The notes under the pieces are model-generated. The model saw nothing but the letters and a program-made list of their open reading frames with translations, was not told the origin of the DNA and did no database searches. Positions 29,823 through 39,282 of a stretch of 64,000 bases of DNA are shown piece by piece. Within the stretch, counting starts at the first letter, position 1; every line of letters starts with the position of its first letter. This stretch comes from an uncultured Pelagibacteraceae bacterium (GTDB lineage Bacteria > Pseudomonadota > Alphaproteobacteria > Pelagibacterales > Pelagibacteraceae): NCBI GenBank assembly GCA_902555275.1, contig CACDRY010000002.1:4250-68249 (forward strand), written 5' to 3'. The translations under genes were made by a program, and so were the position numbers.

Positions 29823-30671
29823 ATGATTAAAACATTTCCTTTACTATTTATATTGCTATGGTCATCTGCATTCATCTCAGGTGATATTATAGTTCAGAAT
29901 GCATCACCTTTTGCAGCACTTGCCTTTAGATTTGGAATTGTAACTATTGGTTTCTTCTTATTCGCATTACTTAAAAAAGAGATAATTTTTACAAAAGTGA
30001 GATATATATTAGAAAGCATAACTACAGGTGTATTATTTCATGGATTATATCTTGGTGGTTGTTGGTACGCGTTTCATGTAGGTGTCCCTGCAAGTGTTGT
30101 GGCTTTAATAGTTACTCTTCAGCCAATATTAACTAACTTATTATCAGGACCAATTTATAAGGAAGTAATAGGGTGGAGACAGTGGGTTGGTATTATATTT
30201 GGTTTTATTGGCTCTTTACTAGTGCTTGGGGTAGATTTTGGAGACGAGTTCCCAAAGGATGGACTTGTAACTTGTTTTATAGCTCTTGCTGCAATTACTA
30301 CAGGAACTTTATGGCAAAAAAAATTAAGTGGTAATGTTCCATTATCAGTTAATAATGGATTTCAAGCTTTTGGGGGCTGTGCTTTTAATTTAATTTTAAT
30401 ATTAACATTTGAAACTCCTTATATAAATTTTACAACTGGATTTTTATTAGGAATGACACATCAGATTATTTTAGTGTCATTTGGAGCCTTTACAATTTTA
30501 ATGTTTTTAATAAAAGCAGGCTCAGTGAGTAAAACTTCAACATTATTTTTTCTTGTCCCACCTACAACAGCTGTAATGGCCTATTTATTTTTAGGAGAAA
30601 AATTATCTAATATTGATATAGCAGGATTTATACTTGCAACAATTGGCGTTTATATTGCAACTAGAAAGTAA
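29823..30671 (+). CDS. DMT/EamA-family transporter
   Basis: LLWSSAF, RF, ALIVTLQPILT, LFFLVPP.TA, GEKL. Confidence 0.88.
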   Translation: MIKTFPLLFILLWSSAFISGDIIVQNASPFAALAFRFGIVTIGFFLFALLKKEIIFTKVRYILESITTGVLFHGLYLGGCWYAFHVGVPASVVALIVTLQPILTNLLSGPIYKEVIGWRQWVGIIFGFIGSLLVLGVDFGDEFPKDGLVTCFIALAAITTGTLWQKKLSGNVPLSVNNGFQAFGGCAFNLILILTFETPYINFTTGFLLGMTHQIILVSFGAFTILMFLIKAGSVSKTSTLFFLVPPTTAVMAYLFLGEKLSNIDIAGFILATIGVYIATRK

Positions 30672-30851
30672 GTGAAAATTTTAAATTTTATAAAAAAATT
30701 TTATCGGCCTTTTATTTTAACTTATCTTTTTTTTTCAATTGGGATAAGTTTTTATCCATCCTTTGAATTTTACTCGTTTAAAGGACAATTGTTGATATTA
30801 GCTGTATCTATATTTAACGGAATACTAGGAGTTTATATTAAAAAATTATAA
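30672..30851 (+). CDS. small 2-TM membrane protein (59 aa); below ORF-track cutoff
   Basis: GTG directly after DMT stop; MKILNFIKKFYRPFILTYLFFSIGISF...LLILAVSIFNGILGVYIKKL*; fills the gap. Confidence 0.45.
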   Translation: MKILNFIKKFYRPFILTYLFFSIGISFYPSFEFYSFKGQLLILAVSIFNGILGVYIKKL

Positions 30852-31949
30852 AACGTAAGGTTCTGGTCTAGCATTACTTTTTAAAACTCTTTCTACATCA
30901 AAAACACTTATATCTATTGATTGGTAGCTACCTGTTGTGATCAATTCAGTCAGAGCCCTTCCAATACCTGGTGCCTGCATTAAACCTCTTCCAGTGAAAC
31001 CAGAGGCTAAATAAACATTATCATATTTTGGGTGTTTACCAACAACTGCGTTGTTATCAAGTTTATTACAATCATAAAATCCTGCCCAACCACCAGTTAA
31101 TTTTAGTTCTTCAAAGGCTGGAACTCTTTTTGCCAGAGCAGGCCAAACTAATTCTTCAAAATCATTCCATTCTGGTTCTAAATCTTTCGCATCAAATACA
31201 GATATAGGTGAACCTGCTAAGAACTCTTTACCCTCTGGTCTCCAATATACACCTGTTGTTAAATCTCCAGTTAGTGGCATATCAGGAAAATGTTTTGGAC
31301 ATTTAACTCGAAATACAGTGTGCTTTTGTGGTTCAACTGGTATATCTGATAACAATTCTTTAGTCCAACATCCTGCTGCTGAAATGATAGTTTTTGCATT
31401 TATCTCAGACAAATTTTTAACCTCACCTTTAAGAAACTCTGCGCCTAACTCAATTGCTTTACTTTTTAAAGCACTATGAAACATAAAAGGATCAATCCAA
31501 CCTTCACTTTTATTATCAGTATATGTAGCTGTTTCTATACCTTCGTTATTTATATACGGAAAAATTTTATTTAATTCTGAACCTTTAATATTTTTTGTGC
31601 CAGCATCGCATTCTCTATGATTTTCCAAAGCTTTATATTGTTCCTCTGCATGTTCTGGTCCAAACATTAAAAGGTATCCATTAGGAACCATGCTTGCCGT
31701 TGGGTTTGGATTTTTTTTTGTTTTTAATAATTCTGGTATTTTAAAAATGAATTCTCTAGCAAATTTACCTAAAAGTATATTTTCTTTTTGAAAAAATTGT
31801 CTTCTAAATCCACCTAAAGATAAAGGAAATGAAGCAGTCTTATATGTAGGGTCTCTCTCAATTACCTTAACTTTTCTACCTTCTATTGATAAAAAGTATG
31901 CAGTTGCAGCGCCTATTATACCTCCACCAACTATGACGACATCATCCAT
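30846..31949 (-). CDS. FAD-dependent oxidoreductase (DAO/sarcosine oxidase beta-like, FOXRED1-like)
   Basis: VIVGGGIIG, ERDPTY..AS..LS.GG.R.QF, EGWIDP, WAGFYD, GFTGRGLMQAPG.GR. Confidence 0.88.
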   Translation of the reverse strand: MDDVVIVGGGIIGAATAYFLSIEGRKVKVIERDPTYKTASFPLSLGGFRRQFFQKENILLGKFAREFIFKIPELLKTKKNPNPTASMVPNGYLLMFGPEHAEEQYKALENHRECDAGTKNIKGSELNKIFPYINNEGIETATYTDNKSEGWIDPFMFHSALKSKAIELGAEFLKGEVKNLSEINAKTIISAAGCWTKELLSDIPVEPQKHTVFRVKCPKHFPDMPLTGDLTTGVYWRPEGKEFLAGSPISVFDAKDLEPEWNDFEELVWPALAKRVPAFEELKLTGGWAGFYDCNKLDNNAVVGKHPKYDNVYLASGFTGRGLMQAPGIGRALTELITTGSYQSIDISVFDVERVLKSNARPEPYVL

Positions 31950-31964
31950 AAATTTTAATATATA

Positions 31965-33029
31965 CTATTTTCTTTGCATTAACCATAAAGCATCTTGAGA
32001 TAAAAAATAAATTTTTCCGTTAGAGGGATGCACTTGAATGTCTCTAATTCTTCCAATTTTATTTTTAAAAATAACCTCTTCTTTTACATTTGATAAGTCA
32101 TCAAATATCAGTTTTCTTAAGGATTTATCTTTTAAAGAAGTGATTAAAGCATGACTATTCCACTCATTAAACTCGTCACCTTTATAAATAGTTATTGCGC
32201 TAGTTGCTATTGAGGGTACCCAATATTGAATAGCTTTTGTAAATCCGGGTTTCCATTTTGGGCCAATTGGAATTCCAGAATAATTGGTTCCTCCCCATCC
32301 TAAAATTTTCCATCCATAATTTTCACCTTTTTTAACTTCTCCGAACCAATCTCCACCTTTTGCCCCATGATTACTCATGTAAACTTTTCCATCAAATTCA
32401 GAAAGTGCCATCCCTTGAGGATTTCTAATTCCAATTTGATAAATCTCTGGCAACCAATCTACCATGCCCTCAAACTTTGGATTATCTTTTGGTATACTTC
32501 CATCTAAATGAATTCTTATAATACTACCTGGATGCTTTGAGGCGTCTTGTGCAATCATACCTTGTCCTCTTTCACCCGCAGAAGCAAATATAAAATTGTC
32601 TTTGATAACTAATCTTGATCCAAAATGATAACCAGAGTCTATTGGGGGATTTGCTTGAAAAATATTTTTAAAGTTTAATTGTTTCTTATTAAATTCTGCT
32701 TTTGCAATTGAAGTGCTAGTTTTATATCCACCTCTATCTTCAGTATATGAAATCCAAATATTATTGTCTTTATGAATAATATCTAATAAGCCTCCTTGAC
32801 CATGGACAACAAAGTTAAGTTGATGACTAATTTCTTGAACTTCTCTAGATAAAATATTTACAATTTTTATTTTGCCACTTTTTTCTGTAATTATTATTTC
32901 ATTACTGTTAATAAAAGAGGATCCCCAAGGTGAATCTAGGTTAACCAATTTTTCTAATTTAAAGTTTTGTGAATACGATTTTGAGGCAAATACGAAAAAA
33001 AGAATTAAAACGTATATTATTTTTTTCAC
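31965..33029 (-). CDS. PQQ-dependent sugar (glucose/sorbosone) dehydrogenase family, exported (likely GTG start 33029)
   Basis: Signal peptide, PW, GQGGLLD, HFGSRL, GERG, GIRNPQG, HGAKGGD, NYGW, GRIRD. Confidence 0.88.
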   Translation of the reverse strand: MKKIIYVLILFFVFASKSYSQNFKLEKLVNLDSPWGSSFINSNEIIITEKSGKIKIVNILSREVQEISHQLNFVVHGQGGLLDIIHKDNNIWISYTEDRGGYKTSTSIAKAEFNKKQLNFKNIFQANPPIDSGYHFGSRLVIKDNFIFASAGERGQGMIAQDASKHPGSIIRIHLDGSIPKDNPKFEGMVDWLPEIYQIGIRNPQGMALSEFDGKVYMSNHGAKGGDWFGEVKKGENYGWKILGWGGTNYSGIPIGPKWKPGFTKAIQYWVPSIATSAITIYKGDEFNEWNSHALITSLKDKSLRKLIFDDLSNVKEEVIFKNKIGRIRDIQVHPSNGKIYFLSQDALWLMQRK

Positions 33030-33030
33030 T

Positions 33031-33741
33031 TTATGAAAGTTTTGATCTTCCACCATCAACTGCAATTATTTGACCCGTTACCCAGGAACTTTCCTCGGTA
33101 AGTAAAAATTTTGCTAAAGCTGCTCCATCTTTACCCTCACCTAGTCTTTTAAGTGGGTGGGCTTTAGCTATTCCTTGAGCAATTGCTGTATTTTTTAACA
33201 TTGGTTGAGCTATCTTAGAATTAGTTAAACTTAGAGCAACACTATTAACTCTTATGTTTGGAGCAAATTCAGCTGCTAATGATACAGTTAGTCCCTCAAT
33301 AGCCGCTTTGGTTGATGCTATTATTGAATGATTTGTAAAACCTCTTTGAGCTGCAACTGTTGAAAATAAAACAATTGAACCATTATTTTGTTTTAGGTTA
33401 TCTTGATATCCTTTGATTAAGTCCACCGCAGAATAAAAATTAAGTTTCATACATTTATTGAAATCATTCTCAGTTGCCATCTTTAAAGGCTTCAAATCTA
33501 TTGATCCAACACAATATGCTACACCTTTGATTTCTGATATGTCTGATTTAATTGTATTCACGAACCCCTCGTGTAATACATCTGCAACAGTATAAGAAGA
33601 GTTTAATTTCTCAGCTAAATTTTTAAGTTGACTTTCATCCCTTCCAACTAAATGAATTTCTTTACCAGAAGAATACATTTGCTCTGCTAAATTGGATCCG
33701 ATAGAACCTGTCGCACCGACAATTAGATATTTTTCTGACAT
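33031..33741 (-). CDS. SDR-family oxidoreductase (atypical, no catalytic Tyr)
   Basis: GATGSIG, STVA, HSIIASTKAAIEGL, HPLKRLG, VDGG. Confidence 0.85.
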   Translation of the reverse strand: MSEKYLIVGATGSIGSNLAEQMYSSGKEIHLVGRDESQLKNLAEKLNSSYTVADVLHEGFVNTIKSDISEIKGVAYCVGSIDLKPLKMATENDFNKCMKLNFYSAVDLIKGYQDNLKQNNGSIVLFSTVAAQRGFTNHSIIASTKAAIEGLTVSLAAEFAPNIRVNSVALSLTNSKIAQPMLKNTAIAQGIAKAHPLKRLGEGKDGAALAKFLLTEESSWVTGQIIAVDGGRSKLS

Positions 33742-33751
33742 ATAATAATTA

Positions 33752-35248
33752 ATGAAATTATTTTTTATACTTGGAAATCAGTTATTTCCATTAAAAAACC
33801 TCGACCGCTTCAAAAAAGACCACCTATTTTTTATGTCAGAAGACTACCAATTATGTACATATGAAAGACATCATAAATTAAAAATTCTACTATTTTTATC
33901 TTCAATGAGATCTTATGCGGATAAATTGAAGGAAAATAAATTTAAGCTTAATTACTCAAAAATTGATTCTACTGATTTTAAAAAGGACTATACGAAGAAA
34001 TTAGAAAAATTGTTAAAGATGAATAAGATAAAAGAAGTAACTAGTTTTGAAATAGAGGATAAATTTTTTGAAACAAAAATAAATAATTTTTTAAAAAAAC
34101 AAAATATTCAGTGGAATATAATTCGATCGCCAATGTTTTTAGATAGTCGTGAAGATTTTAAAAAATATTTATCAAAAACAAAAAAACCCTTTATGGCAAA
34201 GTTTTATAAAGAAAAGCGAGAAAGATTAAATATTTTGTTAAACAAAGATGGTACACCAGAGGGAGGAAAATGGAGTTTTGATGAGGATAATAGAAAAAAA
34301 CTGCCAAAAAATATCTTAATACCAAAATTTCCAGAAATTAAAGACACTAAACATACAAAAAGTTTAAAACCAATTATTGAAAAATTATTTAGTAAACATC
34401 CAGGTGATACCAAAAAATTTTGGTTTGCAACTGAATATAAAGATATTTCAAAATTATTAGATTTTTTTATTAAAGATAAGTTAAACCTATTTGGTGATTA
34501 CGAAGATGCTGTTGATCAAAAAAATAATATTTTATTTCACAGCGCTCTTAGTCCGTATTTAAATCTAGGTTTAATAACTCCAGACATTATCATTCAAAAA
34601 ATAATGACTTATCACCATAGTAAGAGTGTGAGACTAAATTCTTTAGAAGGTTATATAAGACAAATAATTGGTTGGAGAGAGTTTATGAGAGGAATATATC
34701 AAAATTATAGTAAAGAAATGGAAAGTGGAAATTTCTTTAAACATAATAGAAAAATGAAAGATACATTCTATGATGGCAGCACTGGTTTGGATCCTTTAGA
34801 TCATGCAATTAAAAATGCTGACAAATTTGGTTGGTCGCACCACATTGAAAGATTAATGATATTGTCAAATATTATGAATTTATGCGAAGTTGAACCAAAA
34901 TCAGTTTATAAATGGTTCATGGAAATGTTTGTGGACTCATCTGATTGGGTTATGGTTCCAAATGTTTATGGAATGGGTTTGTTTAGTGATGGTGGAATTT
35001 TCGCAACTAAGCCTTATATCTGTGGATCAAGTTATTTTATGAAAATGATGGATTTTAAAAGGGGCAACTGGTGTAATGTTATGGATGGTCTTTATTGGCG
35101 TTTCATAGATAGAAATAGAAAATTTTTTTTGAAAAATCCAAGGTTGTCTATGATGGTAAGAATTTTTGATAAAATGAAAGAAGATAGAAAAAAATTAATA
35201 TTATCAGAAGCAAACAAATTCATTAAAGATAATACTTATGGGAATTAA
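33752..35248 (+). CDS. bacterial (6-4) photolyase/cryptochrome, PhrB/CryB (BCP) family, lacking Fe-S cysteines
   Basis: ILGNQLF, HKLKI, PEGGKWSFDEDNR, FGDYEDA, LFHS.LSPYLNLG, EGYIRQIIGWREF, HHIERLM, WVMVPNV.GM, TKPY. Confidence 0.9.
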   Translation: MKLFFILGNQLFPLKNLDRFKKDHLFFMSEDYQLCTYERHHKLKILLFLSSMRSYADKLKENKFKLNYSKIDSTDFKKDYTKKLEKLLKMNKIKEVTSFEIEDKFFETKINNFLKKQNIQWNIIRSPMFLDSREDFKKYLSKTKKPFMAKFYKEKRERLNILLNKDGTPEGGKWSFDEDNRKKLPKNILIPKFPEIKDTKHTKSLKPIIEKLFSKHPGDTKKFWFATEYKDISKLLDFFIKDKLNLFGDYEDAVDQKNNILFHSALSPYLNLGLITPDIIIQKIMTYHHSKSVRLNSLEGYIRQIIGWREFMRGIYQNYSKEMESGNFFKHNRKMKDTFYDGSTGLDPLDHAIKNADKFGWSHHIERLMILSNIMNLCEVEPKSVYKWFMEMFVDSSDWVMVPNVYGMGLFSDGGIFATKPYICGSSYFMKMMDFKRGNWCNVMDGLYWRFIDRNRKFFLKNPRLSMMVRIFDKMKEDRKKLILSEANKFIKDNTYGN

Positions 35249-35609
35249 AGTTTATTTTAACGATTCTTGCAATATTTGTAGAATGGAAATAAATCATTAT
35301 AAAAAAATTGCAAATAGTGATTTGGAGTGGATAGATATTACAAATAATGATGAGGCTATAAAAATAACATCTAAGTCGCAAAAAGAGTTGCTCAGAAGGT
35401 TACATGTAATAAATGATGGTGAAGTTATTGGAGGTGCTAAAGCATTTATTATAATTTGGTCAAAAATACCAAAATATAAAATCCTATCTAAAATTTTTTC
35501 AATAAAACCCTTATTTATTATTTTTCATTATATATATGAAATTGCTGCATTTTTCTTATTTTTAAAAAACAGAAAACAATTAAATGAAAAAACAAAACCT
35601 ACCAACTAA
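35238..35609 (+). CDS. DUF393 / DCC1-like thiol-disulfide oxidoreductase
   Basis: [23 protein letters not shown]. Confidence 0.85.
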   Translation: MGIKVYFNDSCNICRMEINHYKKIANSDLEWIDITNNDEAIKITSKSQKELLRRLHVINDGEVIGGAKAFIIIWSKIPKYKILSKIFSIKPLFIIFHYIYEIAAFFLFLKNRKQLNEKTKPTN

Positions 35610-35712
35610 GGTATGCAAAGTTTGTAACAAGCCTTTTTCTTGGAGAAAAAAATGGAAACTTAATTGGGAAAAAGTTAAGTATTGCTCTAAGAGATGCGCC
35701 TCTAGCAATTAA
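35584..35712 (+). CDS. DUF2256 small Cys protein (42 aa); below ORF-track cutoff
   Basis: [38 protein letters not shown] matches the LP.K.C..C..PF.WRKKW...W..V.YCS.RC signature. Confidence 0.88.
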   Translation: MKKQNLPTKVCKVCNKPFSWRKKWKLNWEKVKYCSKRCASSN

Positions 35713-35955
35713 TTATTGTGTATTGCTTTTTCTAGGATCTTTAAGTGATTTTAAAATTTTTGATAGCCCTGTAATTTTTAAACTATAATAAATCACATAA
35801 ATTAAAGTTAGTCCTAAAGCCATGGTAGATAGAAACACAAAGATGGCTGTCAAAATTTTTTCTTGGAACCAGTTCTCTACTCCAGAGTTAGAATAATAAA
35901 GAATATTCCAAAACGCGACGAAAATTAACTCATATATGATTATAATTTTGAACAT
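35713..35955 (-). CDS. small 2-TM hypothetical protein (start likely MFKIII 35955; ORF extends to 36006)
   Basis: Two hydrophobic segments, basic tail. Confidence 0.5.
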   Translation of the reverse strand: MFKIIIIYELIFVAFWNILYYSNSGVENWFQEKILTAIFVFLSTMALGLTLIYVIYYSLKITGLSKILKSLKDPRKSNTQ

Positions 35956-36043
35956 ATGGTTGATATAGTTCTCAATATAATTAATACTATTCAATTCTTG
36001 TCGCATGTCGACAAAAATTTATGAGATAAAACAAAGAAAATAG

Positions 36044-36799
36044 ATGAAAAAAGTAATTTGGATAACTGGCGGTAGCAGTGGAATAGGAAAAGCAGTTGCA
36101 TTAAAGTTTGCAAATAATGGATGGCAAGTAATTATATCATCAAGACGTGAGGAAGTATTAAAAGATATTTCAGATAAAAATGAAAATATTGATTATTTGA
36201 AATTAGATATTGTTGATTATGAAGCATGTAAATCAGTTTTTAAAACAATCGTGGAGAAATACAATAAGGTTGATATTTGTTTTTTTTCTACTGCAATTTA
36301 TGAGCCTGAAAAAGAGAAGGATTTTGATCTTCAGAATATAATTGATGTTACAAATGTGAATTATATTGGAACCATAAATTGTATTAAAGCAGTTGAAAAA
36401 TATTACAAAGAAAAAAGGCAAGGAGTTATATCTATTGTATCTTCTACTGCAGGATACAGAGGATTGCCAAATTCAACTGCCTATGGGCCTGCAAAAGCAG
36501 CTCTTATTAATTTAGCAGAAAGTTTATATCTTGATTTTCAAAGATATGATGTTCGCGTATGTCTAGTCAGCCCTGGATTTATCAAAACAAGACTTACGGA
36601 TAAAAACACATTTAAAATGCCATTTTTAAAAACAACACAATATGCGGCTGAACAGATTTATGATGGTTTAATAAATAAAAATTCATTTGAAATAGCTTTT
36701 CCTAGAAGTTTATTTTTAATATTAAAATTTTTTAAGATTTTGCCAAATGGGATCTACTTATATTTGATAAGAAAAATGACAAAGCTTCAAAAAAAATAA
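36044..36799 (+). CDS. SDR-family oxidoreductase
   Basis: ITGGSSGIG, S.AGYRGLP, YGPAKAA, PGFIKTRLT.KN.F.MPF. Confidence 0.9.
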   Translation: MKKVIWITGGSSGIGKAVALKFANNGWQVIISSRREEVLKDISDKNENIDYLKLDIVDYEACKSVFKTIVEKYNKVDICFFSTAIYEPEKEKDFDLQNIIDVTNVNYIGTINCIKAVEKYYKEKRQGVISIVSSTAGYRGLPNSTAYGPAKAALINLAESLYLDFQRYDVRVCLVSPGFIKTRLTDKNTFKMPFLKTTQYAAEQIYDGLINKNSFEIAFPRSLFLILKFFKILPNGIYLYLIRKMTKLQKK

Positions 36800-36801
36800 A
36801 T

Positions 36802-37338
36802 TTAATCTTTTACAAACATCACAGTTAATTCTGCAACTTTAATACCAAACTTTGTCATTTTTGCTCTATTAATTGCTACTCTTTCATCTTGCATAAAGAT
36901 CCAATCATCAAAAGTTATTTTCATTTCTCTTCCTTTTACAGGAACTAACAGTACATATTCAAACTTAAATGCAGGACCATAAGAATAACCCTTTGCAGTT
37001 CCAACTACGTCTCCAGCAGTGCCTTCATAGTTATGTTCATCGATTTTATTGATTGTCCATTGCCTATTTTGAATTTCTCCATCATTCCAAACAAATTTTT
37101 CGTCAAGTATTAATTGTTTTCCATCCCACTTTCCATCTAGGTCTGCAGAAAATTGCCTTGTCACTTTACCTGATCTATTTTGTAAAATTCCCCATGCCTT
37201 TACATTTCCAGATAAATACTCTTCTATTATTAATCTAGGTTTTTGGTTTTTGAAATCTTCTGGTTTCATTGCTTGATTTGATGAACAACTTGTAATCAAT
37301 ACTGTAATTATTATCAATAAGAAATATTTTATTTTCAT
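36802..37338 (-). CDS. DUF3833 lipoprotein
   Basis: Lipobox LITSC; AWG.LQ.RSG.V.R.F, G.AGDVVG.A, FDDW, KFG..VAE. Confidence 0.88.
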   Translation of the reverse strand: MKIKYFLLIIITVLITSCSSNQAMKPEDFKNQKPRLIIEEYLSGNVKAWGILQNRSGKVTRQFSADLDGKWDGKQLILDEKFVWNDGEIQNRQWTINKIDEHNYEGTAGDVVGTAKGYSYGPAFKFEYVLLVPVKGREMKITFDDWIFMQDERVAINRAKMTKFGIKVAELTVMFVKD

Positions 37339-37346
37339 AATATTAT

Positions 37347-38519
37347 TTATTTTTGAAGAGCAAATTGGATTAAGTCTATATTTTTTGATTTAAATCCAGC
37401 TTCACAATAAGATAAATAAAAATTCCACATTCTTTTAAAAGTATTGTCAAAGCCTTGAGATGAAATTTGTTCCCATTTTTCTAAGAACTCTTCTCTCCAA
37501 ATATTTAGTGTATTTGAGTAATGATCACCATATGAATTACAATTTTCAAATTTAAGTCCAGATTGGTTTGCAAGATTTACTAACTCATTTTTACTAGGTA
37601 AAAAACCACCAGGAAAAATATATTTTTGGATAAAATCAGTTTTACTTTTATATCTATCGTAGATAGAGTCATCTATGGTAATTGATTGTATAGCTGCTGT
37701 TCCTCCATCAACTAAGTTTTCTTTGATAATATTAAAATAGTTTTTTAAATAACTCTGCCCTACTGCTTCTATCATTTCTATTGAAGCTATTGAATTATAA
37801 TTATTTTTAACATCTCTAAAATCTAACATTTGTATATTTATTTTTTCATTCAAACCCTCTTTATGAATTCTTTCTTTTGAATATTCGTATTGTTTTTTGG
37901 AGATTGTTATACAATCTAACTTTACGTCATAATTTTTTCCAATATATTCTGCAAATCCTCCCCAGCCACAGCCAATCTCAAGCATCTTGTCGCCTGATTT
38001 AGGCTTAACAAGATTCGAGAGTTTTTTATATTTATTTAACTGAGCTTTTTCCAAATCATTACTATCGTCAAAAATTGCGCTTGAGTAAGTTAGGGTTTTA
38101 TCAAGCCATAATGAGAAAAATTCATTCCCTAAATCATAATGTTTTCTAATGTTTTCTTTGCTCCTAGATTTATTATTTTTAATAAACAAACTTTTGATTT
38201 TATTAAATATTGAAAGATCGAAAGAGCCAGAAAATTTATGAACTATTTTTATATTTTTTGCCGCTAGCTCTATAAGATTAGTTAAATTATTTGTCTCAAA
38301 ATAATTATCCATATATGCTTCTGCCAGACCCACACTTCCATTTTTGATAATTTTAAAAGTTAACCCTGGTTTATTTATTTTTAGATCAACATTTAATTTT
38401 TCATTTCTATTTCCGAAGGTATATTCTTTTCCATCATGGTTTGTTATTTTTAAATTTCCATGTTTAATAAATTTTAGTGAGTTAAAGACAATTTTGTCAG
38501 ATATTTTATTCAAATTCAC
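37347..38519 (-). CDS. cyclopropane-fatty-acyl synthase-family SAM methyltransferase (UfaM/CfaS-like)
   Basis: HYDLGNEFF..WLD..LTYSSA, LEIGCGWG, SIEMIEAVG, FIQKYIFPGG, YLSYCEAGF. Confidence 0.92.
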   Translation of the reverse strand: MNLNKISDKIVFNSLKFIKHGNLKITNHDGKEYTFGNRNEKLNVDLKINKPGLTFKIIKNGSVGLAEAYMDNYFETNNLTNLIELAAKNIKIVHKFSGSFDLSIFNKIKSLFIKNNKSRSKENIRKHYDLGNEFFSLWLDKTLTYSSAIFDDSNDLEKAQLNKYKKLSNLVKPKSGDKMLEIGCGWGGFAEYIGKNYDVKLDCITISKKQYEYSKERIHKEGLNEKINIQMLDFRDVKNNYNSIASIEMIEAVGQSYLKNYFNIIKENLVDGGTAAIQSITIDDSIYDRYKSKTDFIQKYIFPGGFLPSKNELVNLANQSGLKFENCNSYGDHYSNTLNIWREEFLEKWEQISSQGFDNTFKRMWNFYLSYCEAGFKSKNIDLIQFALQK

Positions 38520-39282
38520 TTTTTTCTACCGAACTATTATTTTTAATATTTATTTTTTTTTTAATAAACTTTATTCCTTTTAACCATAGTTTAAATGCCT
38601 CATAGTGAATTGCGACAATAACTTTAAACGTCATCAAGGGGTGAAAAATATAAGAAACGAACAGATTTTTATTACTTAATTCTTTTGCAGTACCGTCTTG
38701 GGATGCGAATAAAAGTTTACCATCATTATCAGATTGGTCTATTATAACTGATATTTTGTCTGAGGGCTTATTTACTCTAAATTTGTAATTACACTCCATA
38801 TCTATGAAGGGTGATACGTGAAATTTTTTTACACAACTATTTCTTAAAGTTTCACTATCTTCAGCTTTGAAAATGTATGTGTGTTGTTCACCAAATGTAT
38901 TTTTAACCTCATAAAATAAAGAAATTATCCTATCGTACTTATCATATATAAAGAAAACACTTAGGGGATTAAATACGTAACCTAATATTCTTGGATAACA
39001 GAATAATTTGATTTTAACCTCTTTATTTTCAATACCAATATTTTCAAGTTTTTTTTTTACCCAGTTTTTTAAAGAGGTGCCATCTCTATCCCCATGGTCT
39101 TTGTCAAAAAAACTAATGATATTAAATTTATTATATGAAAATAATTTTATTTTATTATCAATTTCATTTAAATCATCTAAGTCTATCAACAATGAAAAAA
39201 CCCTATATTTGAAATAATGATTTTTTGGTTTAAATCGTCTGTGAATTACTTTTCCTACGTATATCTTAGAGTTTTTAAGCAT
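38506..39282 (-). CDS. DUF1365 protein (UfaO-like)
   Basis: H.RF.P..H.F.Y, PRILGYVFNPLS, EVKNTFGEQHTY, K.FHVSPF, IHYEAFKLW.KG. Confidence 0.92.
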   Translation of the reverse strand: MLKNSKIYVGKVIHRRFKPKNHYFKYRVFSLLIDLDDLNEIDNKIKLFSYNKFNIISFFDKDHGDRDGTSLKNWVKKKLENIGIENKEVKIKLFCYPRILGYVFNPLSVFFIYDKYDRIISLFYEVKNTFGEQHTYIFKAEDSETLRNSCVKKFHVSPFIDMECNYKFRVNKPSDKISVIIDQSDNDGKLLFASQDGTAKELSNKNLFVSYIFHPLMTFKVIVAIHYEAFKLWLKGIKFIKKKINIKNNSSVEKSEFE

